NCBI GenBank assembly: GCA_023255735.1 | Contig: JAGDVP010000012.1 | Coordinates: 105,477 to 169,476, forward strand | Origin: Halothiobacillus sp. | GTDB lineage: Bacteria; Pseudomonadota; Gammaproteobacteria; Halothiobacillales; Halothiobacillaceae | Length of the DNA: 64,000 nucleotides | Direction of reading: 5' to 3' | Part shown: in pieces, positions 36,425 through 46,823 of the stretch | How the letters are laid out: the number at the start of each line of letters is the position of its first letter | Position numbering within the stretch: position 1 is the first letter of the stretch | Notes under the pieces: generated by a model | Databases searched by the model: none | The model's input: the letters and a program-made list of their open reading frames with translations, nothing else | What the model was told of the DNA's origin: nothing | Made by a program: the position numbers and the translations under genes

Positions 36425-37939
36425 TTACGCTGGGCTGCTGGCTTTGTTGGCTCGCTTGAGTAAAAACTCTGCAATCAGCGCAACCGGGCGACCGGTGGCG
36501 CCTTTGTTCTCGCCGGTTTGCCACGCGGTGCCGGCAATATCTAAGTGCGCCCAACGGTAGTCTTTGGTAAACCTTGATAAAAACGCAGCCGCCGTGAGTG
36601 CGCCGCCTTCACGGCCGCCGATATTGGCCATATCGGCAAAGTTGCTTTTGAGTAAAGGTTGATAGTCATCCCAAAGTGGGAGCTCCCAAACGCGATCCGC
36701 GCTGGCTTCGCCGGCTTTAATCAGCTCTTGGGCGAGCGATTTATGGTTGCTGAACAAGCCACTTGGCACGCGCCCCAGCGCAATCACACAGGCACCGGTT
36801 AAGGTGGCCATGTCAATCACAAGCTCTGGTTTGAAGCGTTTGGCGTAGGTGAGTGCATCACACAAAATCAGGCGACCTTCGGCATCGGTATTCAGCACTT
36901 CGATGGTTTGCCCAGACATGCTTTTGATGATATCGCCGGGTTTCATGGCCTTGCCATCGGGCATGTTTTCAACCGAGGGCACAATACCCACGACATTAAT
37001 GGGTAGGCGTAACTCCGCCACGATGGAAATCAGGCCGATGACGGCGGCGGCGCCCGCCATGTCATATTTCATTTGATCCATATCAAGACCGGGTTTGAGC
37101 GATATGCCGCCCGAATCGAAGGTCACCCCTTTGCCCACCAGCACAATCGGCGCGTCATCCGCGTTGCCGCCCATATGTTCCATCACAATCAATTTCGGTG
37201 GCTCAATGCTGCCCTTGGCGACAGCCAGCAGCGCATTCATGCCGAGGGCTTCCATGCGGGATTGATCCAACACCTCAACGGTGAGCGCTGGGTGGGTTTC
37301 GGTTAGCTTGCGGGCATGGTCAGCCAGCGTTGTAGGGGTACATAAATTGGGCGGCAGATTGGCCAGGTTCTTGGTGAGGTGGATGCCTGAACTAATGGCC
37401 ATGGCTTCGCGCACGCTGGCCTCGGCATCGAGCAAACCACGGCGGCTGGGGGTAATAAACGTGACCTTGCGCAGTGGGCGGCGCGGGCTGGGTTCGGGCG
37501 TGGATTTCAGTTGATCGAACCGATACACGGCGGCATCAATGGCGAGCACGCTTTGGCGGATAATTTGTTCAAACTCTACGCCTTTGATGTCAAGCTCAGT
37601 TAAATGGCTCACGCACTCGGTTGTGCCGCGATAATGCAATGCTTTAACCGCCGCCGTGGTGGCTTTGATTAAGGCGGGTAAATCAAAGTCTCGCTCTTTA
37701 CCTAAACCGACGAGCAGCACGCGCTCGGCTTGAATATGGGGCACACCGTGAATCAACAGCGTGTCGCCCAGTTCCCCTTCCATATCACCACGGCGTGTTA
37801 TAGCGCCTAGGTGCCCTTCGCTGACTTCATCAATAGTGAGTGCTGCGTCGGATAATTTGCGCGCTTCAAATACGCCTACAATTAAGCACGATGAGCGTTG
37901 TTTTTCGGGCGCGCCACTTTTAACAGAAAACTCCAACAC
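36425..37939 (-). CDS. pepA: Leucyl aminopeptidase
   Basis: N-terminal EFSVKSGAPEKQRSSCLIVGVFE parallels E. coli PepA. Catalytic NTDAEGRL and VGKGVTFDSGG. Start is GTG 37939 or TTG 36. Confidence 0.92.
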   Translation of the reverse strand: MLEFSVKSGAPEKQRSSCLIVGVFEARKLSDAALTIDEVSEGHLGAITRRGDMEGELGDTLLIHGVPHIQAERVLLVGLGKERDFDLPALIKATTAAVKALHYRGTTECVSHLTELDIKGVEFEQIIRQSVLAIDAAVYRFDQLKSTPEPSPRRPLRKVTFITPSRRGLLDAEASVREAMAISSGIHLTKNLANLPPNLCTPTTLADHARKLTETHPALTVEVLDQSRMEALGMNALLAVAKGSIEPPKLIVMEHMGGNADDAPIVLVGKGVTFDSGGISLKPGLDMDQMKYDMAGAAAVIGLISIVAELRLPINVVGIVPSVENMPDGKAMKPGDIIKSMSGQTIEVLNTDAEGRLILCDALTYAKRFKPELVIDMATLTGACVIALGRVPSGLFSNHKSLAQELIKAGEASADRVWELPLWDDYQPLLKSNFADMANIGGREGGALTAAAFLSRFTKDYRWAHLDIAGTAWQTGENKGATGRPVALIAEFLLKRANKASSPA

Positions 37940-38107
37940 AGCAAATCTCCTAAGGATTAACTAAAACTCGCTCGTGATTCTATCAGAACGCTACAGGTCG
38001 ATAAGCGGGTATTCCTATGGCTGTAATAAAAACATCGAATGCCGAATACGATCCGAGATGTTATCTTAATCTCAAGCGCACTTATTGCTGACCTATCAGG
38101 AATTTAT

Positions 38108-38389
38108 ATGAACCCGCAAGATGATAAAGAAGAATTTGAGCCCGGCGCCCACAATCCCTACCGCTATGAGCCAAGATTTAGGCCCTCAAATTTAGGACGG
38201 ATTTCTAAGTTTTTGCTTATTTTTGGCGCAATTTTAGTGCTGATTGGTGTGGTGGGTGGATTTAGTGCCATGTTTTTGATGAAAGATGGGAGTGATTCAC
38301 CTTTTATGGATTTACTCATGTTGGCGCCGGCCGGTTTTTTAATGGCCTTCACCGGAATTACCGGCTGGGTTATTAGCGGCGGAAAATAG
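38108..38389 (+). CDS. Small two-TM membrane protein, hypothetical
   Basis: A 93-aa protein. AGGA RBS 6 nt before ATG 38108. Two hydrophobic helices. Confidence 0.4.
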   Translation: MNPQDDKEEFEPGAHNPYRYEPRFRPSNLGRISKFLLIFGAILVLIGVVGGFSAMFLMKDGSDSPFMDLLMLAPAGFLMAFTGITGWVISGGK

Positions 38390-38426
38390 CCCGCAGCGCC
38401 CGCCTTGCCTTGCGCGCGCGCAAGGG

Positions 38427-39125
38427 CTACCGATTGTTTCTGGCTACATCAATATGATGGGAACCTGGCACTCGGCCAGCGCCCACATAATGCTTGCGCC
38501 AGTATGCATCGTTGAGCTTGGCATAGGCGACCCGCTCACCGGGTTTAGGTGCATGAATGAAGGTGTCTTCGCCCACATAAATAGCCACATGATCGATTTT
38601 TCGGCTGCGGATTTTAAAGAACAGTAAATCACCCGGTTTTAGATTGGCCTTGGCCACACGTTCGGTGAACGCGTACTGATCGCGCGCTGTGCGCGGCAGG
38701 GTGATGTCGGCTTTTTTGTACACATAGCTTGTCAGGCCACTGCAATCAAACCCGCTGGATAGCGAGGATCCCCCGCGCTGATAGGCCACACCGAGCTGCG
38801 CCATGGCCATAATCAGCGCCTCGCCGGCAGAGGAGTTGGGAATACCTTTTGGGTCGATAGCTTTAAGCGGGTTTCTGGGCAGCCTCCTGTTTAGGCTTTC
38901 GTTTTGAAAGCCATAAGTATCATCTAAGGCTTCATTACGGGCTTGCGTTTGCGCGCCATCATTAAATTCGCCAAATTGCGTATTGGCTTGCGCCGCCGTA
39001 TTGCCCGAGCCGGCAGTGGGCAAGCTGGCGCAGCCGCCTAAACTCAGCGCGGCGGCCAGGATGAGCGCCAGCAAGCCTATGGGGTTTACGCGGGGATTAG
39101 TCGCGGGGGCGGTGCCGGATTTCAT
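38427..39125 (-). CDS. NlpC/P60-family (C40) peptidoglycan endopeptidase lipoprotein
   Basis: Lipobox LSLGGCAS. Catalytic FDCSGLTSYVY and later DHVAIYVG..FIHAP. Confidence 0.8.
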   Translation of the reverse strand: MKSGTAPATNPRVNPIGLLALILAAALSLGGCASLPTAGSGNTAAQANTQFGEFNDGAQTQARNEALDDTYGFQNESLNRRLPRNPLKAIDPKGIPNSSAGEALIMAMAQLGVAYQRGGSSLSSGFDCSGLTSYVYKKADITLPRTARDQYAFTERVAKANLKPGDLLFFKIRSRKIDHVAIYVGEDTFIHAPKPGERVAYAKLNDAYWRKHYVGAGRVPGSHHIDVARNNR

Positions 39126-41427
39126 ACACACTGCGTCGGTGCGGTGTTCGAGCGAAATCGGGCGGCAGAGTCTTTCTCGATAAGTCATTGATTAAGAATT
39201 CTTCCGTTAAAAGTGACGACAATTTAAATCCTTTTAAGTTATTTGAAAAGATTAAAATTCCTTCGTTAGCTAACAAATGCATGCAAATTTCAATCATGTG
39301 TTCATGATCGCGCTGAATATCTAGGGTGTCTTGCATGGACTTAGAGTTGGAAAAAGTCGGCGGATCGCAAAAAATCACGTCGAACCGTTCGGGCTGGTAA
39401 ACGCTGTTTTGGCGCTGATCTAGCCATTCGAGCACGTCGGCGCGCACGAGCTTATGTTCGGTGCCCACTTTAATTTTATTGAGGGCGAAATTGCGCTCTG
39501 CCCAGTCTAAATAGGTATGCGATAAATCGATCGATAACGTGCGGGCAGCCCCCTTGTGGGCGGCACGCACCGACGCCGTGGCGGTATAGCAAAATAAATT
39601 AAGCAGGCTTTTGCCGCGCGATAGTTCGGCCACTAAATCCCGTACGTATCGATGATCGAGAAAAAGTCCGGTATCTAAGTAGTCGGTTAAGTTAATCAAA
39701 AGGCGGGTGCCGCCTTCTCGCACCACGCGCTCAAGTCGTTCTTGCGTGATTTTTTGATATTGCTCGCTGCCCGTTTGCCGTTTGCGCTGGCGCACCACGC
39801 TGTGGTTGGGGGCTAAATCTAAGCCGGTGATGGTTTGATTGACGGCAATCGAGAGCCGCGCGCGAGCGAGTTTCGGGTCGATGGTGTTGGGCGCGCGGTA
39901 TTCTTGAATATCGGCCCAAGTCTCGCCTATTTCATCGTGGTAGAGATCAATGGCGAGATTGAAATCGGGCAGATCGGCGTCGTACACGCGATAACAGCAG
40001 CCACCTTCACGCCCGATTATTTTCTTGAGGTGGGCGAAATTTTTTCGCAAGCGGTTAGTAAATGGTTCGGCATCGACAAGCTCGGCGGCGGTGGCTGCCG
40101 CGGTGCTTAGGCGATTAGCTAAACCGATGGGACCTGGTGCTTCACGGCGGCCTTTGCCATCGAAGTTGCCGCGAATCATATCAATGGCAATGCCGCTTTG
40201 ATCCATGGGAAACGCGCGCTCATAGCGCAGCGGCCAATTTTTGCCTTCGCCTTCAGCCAAGAGCACGGCCCAATGCCAGCCGTTTAAGCAGACTTGCCAT
40301 TGATCGGTTAGGGTTGAAAAATCGGGCGCGCTATCTTGCGCGCCATAGGCATTGGTACCGGCGATATCGAGGCGATGGCCATAGGGTAAATTGCTCACTA
40401 ATAACCCGTGCGTGATGCCTTCAAAGGCTTTGGGGCAGGGTTCTGCCCAGGCATCGGCTTCACGAAAGTGCACTAAGTGCGCCACCCCAGCACGCTCGGC
40501 ATTCGCTTTTGCGGCTAAAATTTGTTCAATATCAATATCTTGCCCGATAAGTTTGCCTGCAAATTGTGCGGGGTCAACGTTTAAGACCCCGGTAGGTGCT
40601 GTGTTGAGCGCCCGCTGGCGAGCTGCCAGATCGTGGCCAAGCCAGCCTTGTGAGCCAATGCGCTGTTGGCGCAGCACTGGGGGTAAACCTATAAGCCGCA
40701 GTGCCGCTTCAATCACGAGTGTGCCCGATCCGCACATGGGATCAAATAAGCCGACCTCGGTATCGGGCATTAAGCTTGCTAAGTGCGGCCAGCGTGCGCG
40801 CCACAGCACGCCGGCGGCCAAGGTTTCTCTTAAAGGAGCCAAACCGCCGTCCACCCGATAACCGCGACGATGCAGCGAGCCGTTGGAAAGCTCAAGCGAT
40901 AACGTGGCATGGCCGCTGGCGGTGAGGTGACAGTGCAGACGAATATCTGGCTGATCGGTATCCACCGTGGGGCGGTTGCCGCTTTTGGTGCGAAATTGAT
41001 CGACAATGGCGTCTTTAATGCGGGTGGCTATAAAACCGGTGTGGCGTAATGAATCGGTGGCGCCGGTCGCGCTGATCGCAAAATAACCATCCTCCGCGAG
41101 GTGGGCAGACCAATCAATGCGTTGAACTAATTGGTACAGTTCTTCGGCATTTTCTCCCTGGCCGCTGATGAGTTCCACATAGACATGCCCTGCAATTAAG
41201 CTGTCGCAAATGATTTTATAGGCTTGCTCCGGTGTGGCATCTAATAATACGCCGAACGGGCGATCGGATACTTTGGCGGTCACTAAGCTGCGGATTTCTT
41301 CCGCTAACGGTGCTTGTAAATCGGGCGCACTCACCACCGTTAAAGGCCAGGTGGTCTTGAATGCAGCGGTTTGGCTTTCGCGTTCCATCTCAGATGTCGG
41401 TAGCGATGACGGGGTGGGCATGGGCAT
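39097..41427 (-). CDS. rlmL: Bifunctional 23S rRNA methyltransferase RlmKL (m2G2445/m7G2069)
   Basis: Collinear with E. coli RlmL (DPMCGSGTL, SNLPYG, FTNRLRKN, YRVYDADLPDFN, NLTDYLDTGLFLDHR, DPPTFSNSK, QRDH). The start is uncertain (ATG 41427, 41421 or 41388). The 3' end overlaps the NlpC/P60 start by about 29 nt. Confidence 0.88.
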   Translation of the reverse strand: MPMPTPSSLPTSEMERESQTAAFKTTWPLTVVSAPDLQAPLAEEIRSLVTAKVSDRPFGVLLDATPEQAYKIICDSLIAGHVYVELISGQGENAEELYQLVQRIDWSAHLAEDGYFAISATGATDSLRHTGFIATRIKDAIVDQFRTKSGNRPTVDTDQPDIRLHCHLTASGHATLSLELSNGSLHRRGYRVDGGLAPLRETLAAGVLWRARWPHLASLMPDTEVGLFDPMCGSGTLVIEAALRLIGLPPVLRQQRIGSQGWLGHDLAARQRALNTAPTGVLNVDPAQFAGKLIGQDIDIEQILAAKANAERAGVAHLVHFREADAWAEPCPKAFEGITHGLLVSNLPYGHRLDIAGTNAYGAQDSAPDFSTLTDQWQVCLNGWHWAVLLAEGEGKNWPLRYERAFPMDQSGIAIDMIRGNFDGKGRREAPGPIGLANRLSTAAATAAELVDAEPFTNRLRKNFAHLKKIIGREGGCCYRVYDADLPDFNLAIDLYHDEIGETWADIQEYRAPNTIDPKLARARLSIAVNQTITGLDLAPNHSVVRQRKRQTGSEQYQKITQERLERVVREGGTRLLINLTDYLDTGLFLDHRYVRDLVAELSRGKSLLNLFCYTATASVRAAHKGAARTLSIDLSHTYLDWAERNFALNKIKVGTEHKLVRADVLEWLDQRQNSVYQPERFDVIFCDPPTFSNSKSMQDTLDIQRDHEHMIEICMHLLANEGILIFSNNLKGFKLSSLLTEEFLINDLSRKTLPPDFARTPHRRSVYEIRHRPRD

Positions 41428-41554
41428 AACGGTTGCTCGGTTAAATTTCTCGTGACTGTACCGGAAATAGGCTTTTATTGCGCAGCAATTCATGCGGGAA
41501 TGCCTGATAAACTCAAGCGTTTGGATTTAAGAATCGTTCATCAATTTATAGAGA

Positions 41555-43189
41555 ATGCGTATGCAGCCTGACTTGATCGGTAATCACCCCGCCGCGCCGT
41601 TGGTATCGATTCAAAATCTTAGCGCCCGATTTGGGACGGGGGCGCCGGTTTTGATTGATGTGAATTTAACCGTTATGGCCGGCCAACGGATGGCGCTGGT
41701 GGGGGAGTCGGGGTCGGGTAAAACGCTCACGGCGCTATCTATCTTGCGCTTGCTCGATGACATTACCTACACCGCTGGGGCTGTGTGCTTTGCCGGGCAA
41801 AACATGCTGACCGCATCAAACGCGGTTCTTCGCCAGATTCGGGGCCGTGCAATTGGGATGATTTTTCAAGAACCGATGACCGCATTCAACCCGCTAAAAT
41901 CCATCGGCGAGCAAATCTCAGAGGTCATTGTGCAGCACGAGGGCGGCACAAAAGTGCAGGTGCAAGCGCGGGTTATCGAATTGCTCAGACAAGTGCAGCT
42001 GCCCGATCCCGCTGAACGCGCTAGGGTCTTGCCGCATGAGCTATCGGGTGGCCAGCGGCAACGCGCCATGATTGCGATGGCGCTGGCTTGCCGGCCGCAA
42101 TTGCTGATTGCCGACGAGCCAACTACCGCGCTGGATGTGACCTTGCAGCGCCAAATTATGGCGCTGTTAACCGCCTTGCAGCGCGAATTAGGCATGGCGG
42201 TGTTGCTGATTACGCATGATTTGAATTTGGTGCAGCGTTATAGCGATTGGGTGGCGGTCATGCAGCAGGGACGGATTGTGGAGCAGGGCACGGTGGCCGA
42301 TATTTTCGACCATCCCCAGCACCCCTACACGCAGCAGTTATTGGCTGCAGCCCCGGTCGCGGTGCCCCTGCCACCAATTGCGGCCAAGGCGCCTTTGGTG
42401 CTGGCAGCCCGTGGGCTCACGGTGGGTTACAAACAGCCCAAACCGCGCGATGAGGCGCGCACTTGGCGCGATCGATTTGCGGCAACCCGCCCATTGATTG
42501 CCTTAGATCATCTGGATTTGTCGCTTGCCGCAGGTGAAACCTTGGGCGTAATTGGGGAATCCGGTTCGGGCAAAAGCACGCTGGCTCTGGCGCTATTGCG
42601 CCTGATTCGCGCCCAAGGGGTGATTGAGCTTGATGGCAAGCCTGTGCAGGCGTTAGCTGAAAAAGCATTCAGACCTTTTCGTGCGGCGATTCAAATTGTT
42701 TTCCAAGATCCATTTGGTGCGCTTTCGCCCCGCATGACAGTGGGTGAGATTATCGGCGAAGGGCTGCGCGTCCATGCATCAAAATTATCAGCACAAGAGC
42801 GACAAGAGAAAATCGCCGCAGTGATGGCCGCCGTGGGATTAGCTGATACGGGGTTGGATCGTTATCCGCACGAATTTTCAGGCGGGCAGCGTCAAAGGAT
42901 TGCGATTGCCCGCGCGCTCATCTTACGCCCCCGGATTTTAATTCTCGATGAACCCACCAGCGCGCTGGATGCCACTGTGCAAAAGCAAATTTTGGCTTTG
43001 TTGCGAGAGTTACAAGCAACGCTGGGATTAAGTTATCTTTTCATTACGCATGATTTGCGGGTGGTGCGGGCGATGGCGCATCGGGTATTGGTGTTGTATC
43101 AAGGGCGGGTGGTTGAGGTCGGCGCGACGCAGCAAATATTCGAGGCACCCACGCAAGCCTATACCCAGCAATTGGTCGCCAGCATTTGA
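41555..43189 (+). CDS. Duplicated ABC ATPase (Dpp/Opp/YejF-type ATP-binding protein)
   Basis: Two complete cassettes: [25 protein letters not shown] and [25 protein letters not shown]. No permease or binding-protein gene is adjacent. Confidence 0.85.
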   Translation: MRMQPDLIGNHPAAPLVSIQNLSARFGTGAPVLIDVNLTVMAGQRMALVGESGSGKTLTALSILRLLDDITYTAGAVCFAGQNMLTASNAVLRQIRGRAIGMIFQEPMTAFNPLKSIGEQISEVIVQHEGGTKVQVQARVIELLRQVQLPDPAERARVLPHELSGGQRQRAMIAMALACRPQLLIADEPTTALDVTLQRQIMALLTALQRELGMAVLLITHDLNLVQRYSDWVAVMQQGRIVEQGTVADIFDHPQHPYTQQLLAAAPVAVPLPPIAAKAPLVLAARGLTVGYKQPKPRDEARTWRDRFAATRPLIALDHLDLSLAAGETLGVIGESGSGKSTLALALLRLIRAQGVIELDGKPVQALAEKAFRPFRAAIQIVFQDPFGALSPRMTVGEIIGEGLRVHASKLSAQERQEKIAAVMAAVGLADTGLDRYPHEFSGGQRQRIAIARALILRPRILILDEPTSALDATVQKQILALLRELQATLGLSYLFITHDLRVVRAMAHRVLVLYQGRVVEVGATQQIFEAPTQAYTQQLVASI

Positions 43190-43225
43190 GGGGCTTGTTC
43201 ATTTAAGCGCTTGATTTTTAGCTAT

Positions 43226-43252
43226 AAAAAACGCCGGATGCCCGGCGTTTTT
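43226..43252. terminator. Bidirectional intrinsic terminator between the ABC ATPase gene and fabB
   Basis: The sequence is aaaaaACGCCGGatgcCCGGCGTtttt. Confidence 0.7.
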
Positions 43253-43275
43253 GCGTGCAGCCGACACAGCGAAGT

Positions 43276-44493
43276 TTAAGCGGTATAGCGCCGCAATACT
43301 AACGAGGCATTGGTGCCGCCAAAACCAAAGCTATTAGATAACACCGTGTTGATTTGAGCGTTTTCTAAGGTTTGCGTGAGGAAGTTAACGCCCACGGCTT
43401 TCGGGTCGATGTCATCTAAATTCGCTGACGCCGCGATGAAATTATTTTGCATCATTAAGAGCGAATAAATGGCCTCATGCACCCCAGCGGCACCCAAAGC
43501 GTGCCCCGAAAGGGATTTAGTTGAGGTGATATAAGGCATGCGCTCGGGGAAAATTTTCAGCAAAGATTCAATTTCCCGCATATCGCCCGCCGGGGTGCTG
43601 GTACCATGCGTATTCACGTAATCGACTGGGGTATCCACCGTGGCCAGTGCTTGCTGCATGCAACGCAATGCGCCTTCACCTGAGGGCTGAACCATGTCAT
43701 AGCCATCCGATGTGGCGCCGTAGCCCACAACTTCAGCAATGATAGGCGCGCCGCGCGATAGTGCATGCTCGAGCTCTTCGAGTACAACCATGCCACCGCC
43801 GCCGGAGATAACAAAACCATCGCGGGTGGCATTGAATGGGCGCGAAGCGCTGTGCGGGGTATCGTTGTACTTGGATGACAGCGCGCCCATGGCGTCAAAC
43901 ATCGCCGTTTGCGACCAATGCAACTCCTCACCGCCGCCTGCAAAAACAATATCTTGTTTGCCGAACTGAATTTGCTCAACGCCTGAGCCAATGCAATGCG
44001 CTGAGGTGGCGCAGGCGGAGCTGATTGAGAAATTAATCCCCTTGATGCCAAAGGGGGTAGCAAGGCAAGCCGAGGTTGTCGAACTCATGGTGCGGGTTAC
44101 CATATAAGGCCCTACGCGCTTAACGCCTTTCTCGCGCACAATATCTGCCGTTTCGACAATATTGGCGCACGATGAGCCACCCGAGCCCACAATTAACCCC
44201 GCGCGTGGCTGCGAGACTTGCTCGGGGGTTAAGCCCGATTGCGCGATGGCCTCTCGAAGCGCAATGTAGGTATAGGCAGCAGCAGCGCCCATAAACCGAT
44301 ACAGTTTGCGATCGATATGCTCTTCAGGATTAATTTTAAGCGTGCCCGCAACGTGCGAGCGAAAGCCTCGTTCGGCCTGCTCTGGATTGATTTCGATCCC
44401 AGAATGCCCTGTTTTCAGAGCGTGAAGAACCTCCGAGCAATTGTTGCCAATGCTAGAAACAATGCCCATGCCAGTAATAACAACGCGGCGCAT
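43276..44493 (-). CDS. fabB: Beta-ketoacyl-ACP synthase I
   Basis: A 405-aa protein with the active-site [12 protein letters not shown], plus HGTSTPAGD and [11 protein letters not shown]. Directly downstream of fabA. Confidence 0.93.
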   Translation of the reverse strand: MRRVVITGMGIVSSIGNNCSEVLHALKTGHSGIEINPEQAERGFRSHVAGTLKINPEEHIDRKLYRFMGAAAAYTYIALREAIAQSGLTPEQVSQPRAGLIVGSGGSSCANIVETADIVREKGVKRVGPYMVTRTMSSTTSACLATPFGIKGINFSISSACATSAHCIGSGVEQIQFGKQDIVFAGGGEELHWSQTAMFDAMGALSSKYNDTPHSASRPFNATRDGFVISGGGGMVVLEELEHALSRGAPIIAEVVGYGATSDGYDMVQPSGEGALRCMQQALATVDTPVDYVNTHGTSTPAGDMREIESLLKIFPERMPYITSTKSLSGHALGAAGVHEAIYSLLMMQNNFIAASANLDDIDPKAVGVNFLTQTLENAQINTVLSNSFGFGGTNASLVLRRYTA

Positions 44494-44499
44494 GGCGAT

Positions 44500-45018
44500 T
44501 TACTCCGATAGTGACTGTGTATTGATGAACAGGCCAACCCGTAGGTCGCAGGCTTCGTATATAACTTTGCCATCAACGGACATGTGCGCATCGGCAATGC
44601 CCATAGTTAATTTACGCATAATGATGCGTTTAATATCTACTTGGTATGTGATTTTTTGATTACTCGGCAACACTTGGCCTGAAAATTTAACATCCCCCAC
44701 GCCGAGTGCGCGGCCATGACCCAAGCCACCACTCCAACCCAAATAAAAGCCGACCAGTTGCCACAGGGCATCAAGCCCCAAGCAGCCGGGCATGACCGGG
44801 TCGCCTTCAAAATGGCAACCAAAAAACCATAAATCTGGCTTAACCGTCAATTCGGCAATCATTTCGCCTTTACCAAATTTGCCGCCATCGGTGGTAATGC
44901 GCTCAATGCGATCAAACATCAGCATGGGCGGCAGGGGTAACTGGGCATTGCCCTCACCAAACATGTCGCCCTTGGCGCAGCGGATGAGGTCATCGTATTC
45001 AAAGCGGGTTTGTGTCAT
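44500..45018 (-). CDS. fabA: 3-hydroxydecanoyl-ACP dehydratase/isomerase
   Basis: A 172-aa protein with [24 protein letters not shown], the canonical FabA active site. Confidence 0.95.
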   Translation of the reverse strand: MTQTRFEYDDLIRCAKGDMFGEGNAQLPLPPMLMFDRIERITTDGGKFGKGEMIAELTVKPDLWFFGCHFEGDPVMPGCLGLDALWQLVGFYLGWSGGLGHGRALGVGDVKFSGQVLPSNQKITYQVDIKRIIMRKLTMGIADAHMSVDGKVIYEACDLRVGLFINTQSLSE

Positions 45019-45183
45019 GGCGGCTCTGGAGAGTTAAGAAGCTCAAAGGCGAAATGTTAACCGAAATTGAGCGATTTGTTGCTGATTTGTTTCAGCCGCC
45101 CGAGCAGCCTAGCGGTTAAGCTGTAAGGCTTGAGTTTTTTACTGATAAAACCGGGTGCGATTAGCGCGAGAACGCTGAGCGAT

Positions 45184-45591
45184 TCAGGCCGACTTTTGCG
45201 TTGGGCGCAGCGATTGCACACCCCAGATGAGCCAAGCCAGAATCAAGCAAGCGCCGCCGATGGGCGTAATCACGCCGGGGATTTTGAGGTCGGAAAAAAC
45301 CATCAGATACAAGCTGCCAACAAATCCCAGCAGGCCCAAAATAAAAAAACCAGCCGGCCAAGCGGTGTGGTGCGGATTTTGGCTGCGCCATTGGCTGTAT
45401 TGAATAAGCGCTAAGCTATGGCTTAAGTGAAACAAGCTCGCGGTGGCCAGCAACTGCACTAACGCTGGTGTGCTGGGTGCCAGAGGGCCATGCGCACCTA
45501 TAGCGGCCATGATGACGGCAATCAACGCGCTGAGAATGCCCGCCAACAACCCGAGGGGCTTGGCGGCGATTTGCTGGATTAAAGGCGGCAT
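45184..45591 (-). CDS. DUF423 (YgdD-like) membrane protein
   Basis: A 135-aa, 4-TM protein with GAHG near TM1 and a PIGG..LI.W motif near the C-terminus. Confidence 0.65.
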   Translation of the reverse strand: MPPLIQQIAAKPLGLLAGILSALIAVIMAAIGAHGPLAPSTPALVQLLATASLFHLSHSLALIQYSQWRSQNPHHTAWPAGFFILGLLGFVGSLYLMVFSDLKIPGVITPIGGACLILAWLIWGVQSLRPTQKSA

Positions 45592-45604
45592 GATGGCGCG
45601 GCGC

Positions 45605-46165
45605 TTAGGGCTTTAAGGGTGCCGCGCTGCCTAAACCCGTGCCAGCCGGCGGCGGCGTTAAATCGTAGAGGCTGGGCGTTGCGTTGGCGGGCGCGCTGGA
45701 TTCGCTGACGGGGGCATCGGCGGGCGCGGCATCGGTACTTGCTTTTTTATTGCGCAAAGCTTGCGGTAGATCTTGCGCGGGCGCTTGATCGAGTGGATCG
45801 CCCTGCTGATCGATTTTTGTTACCCGGCCATCGGCGTCATACAGCAGCACGAGGGTATGCTGGAATGCTTTGTTTTTGCCACGTTTGTCATAAAAAACAT
45901 AGGTTTCACGTTGGTTTCGATGAAATATATCTTGCAGCGCGGGTGTGCCTAAAATTTGATTCACTTCCGCTTTGCTCATGCCTAACTGCACTTTGGCGAC
46001 TTGCAGAGGTTCCAGCACATTGCCTTGGGCAATATCAGGCTGGTAAACCTTGATAAAGCTTGGAATGTACACCGAGCTGCACCCGCCGATTGATACGGCG
46101 AGCAAGGTAAGTAGAGGGAGTGCGCAGGTGATGCGCAGGGTGGTGAGGTAGGGTAATTGTTGCAT
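45605..46165 (-). CDS. bamE: Outer membrane protein assembly factor BamE (SmpA/OmlA) with a Pro/Ala-rich tail
   Basis: Lipobox SIGGCSS. VYQPDIAQGNVL...VQLGMSKAEVNQILGTPALQD. Divergent from fur, as in many gammaproteobacteria. Confidence 0.8.
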   Translation of the reverse strand: MQQLPYLTTLRITCALPLLTLLAVSIGGCSSVYIPSFIKVYQPDIAQGNVLEPLQVAKVQLGMSKAEVNQILGTPALQDIFHRNQRETYVFYDKRGKNKAFQHTLVLLYDADGRVTKIDQQGDPLDQAPAQDLPQALRNKKASTDAAPADAPVSESSAPANATPSLYDLTPPPAGTGLGSAAPLKP

Positions 46166-46344
46166 GGGGTGCTATTTCTGTGGGGATGGCCTAAAGATGG
46201 GTTAATCATACGCAACTGCGCGTCATTTATTCCAGTGTTTGCATAGAATTATCGCAATTGGGGTAAATTTCCAATCCCAAGGGGCGATTCAAGTACAATC
46301 AAAGGCCGCTACAAAAAACATTTTGCCCGTGTGAGGGGTGTATC

Positions 46345-46773
46345 TTGGAACAACATGAACAAAATGATCTGAAAAAAGCCGGTTTAAAGGTGACGCTACC
46401 CCGGGTGAAAATTTTGGAACTGATTGAAAGCAATCCGGAGAAGCACATGAGTGCGGAGGATGTGTATAAAGAATTGTTGAGCCGAGGTGATGATATCGGT
46501 TTGGCCACGGTTTATCGGGTGCTAACTCAGTTTGAAGGGGCGGACATCCTTAAACGGCATCAGTTTGAGGGCGGTAAATCGGTTTTTGAGCTGATTTCAA
46601 AGGGCGAGCACGATCATTTGGTGTGCATTAAAACCGGGGCGGTGGAGGAGTTTCACGATCCGATTATTCAGGAGCGAATCGCCGCCATTGCTGCGCAATA
46701 TGACTTTGATCTGACGGATTATTCTTTGGTGATTTACGGAATTAGCGCGGCGGCTCGTTCCAAGAAAAAGTAA
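46345..46773 (+). CDS. fur: Ferric uptake regulator
   Basis: LKKAGLKVTLPRVKILE, GLATVYRVLTQFE and HDHLVC. The apparent start codon is TTG, since there is no in-frame ATG near the homologous N-terminus. Confidence 0.92.
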   Translation: MEQHEQNDLKKAGLKVTLPRVKILELIESNPEKHMSAEDVYKELLSRGDDIGLATVYRVLTQFEGADILKRHQFEGGKSVFELISKGEHDHLVCIKTGAVEEFHDPIIQERIAAIAAQYDFDLTDYSLVIYGISAAARSKKK

Positions 46774-46800
46774 AATTATTGCGTTTAAAACTCGGGTTAC

Positions 46801-46823
46801 AGCCCCTTTATCGGGGCTTTTTT
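46801..46823 (+). terminator. Intrinsic terminator after fur
   Basis: The sequence is AGCCCCtttatcGGGGCTttttt. The T-run abuts the recN stop codon. Confidence 0.6.

Noticed and set aside
46166-46344. A Fur box in the bamE-fur divergent region (for example ATAGAATTATCGCAATT near 46243-46260).
   Set aside because: It only partly resembles GATAATGATAATCATTATC. It is too weak to call without a matrix scan.
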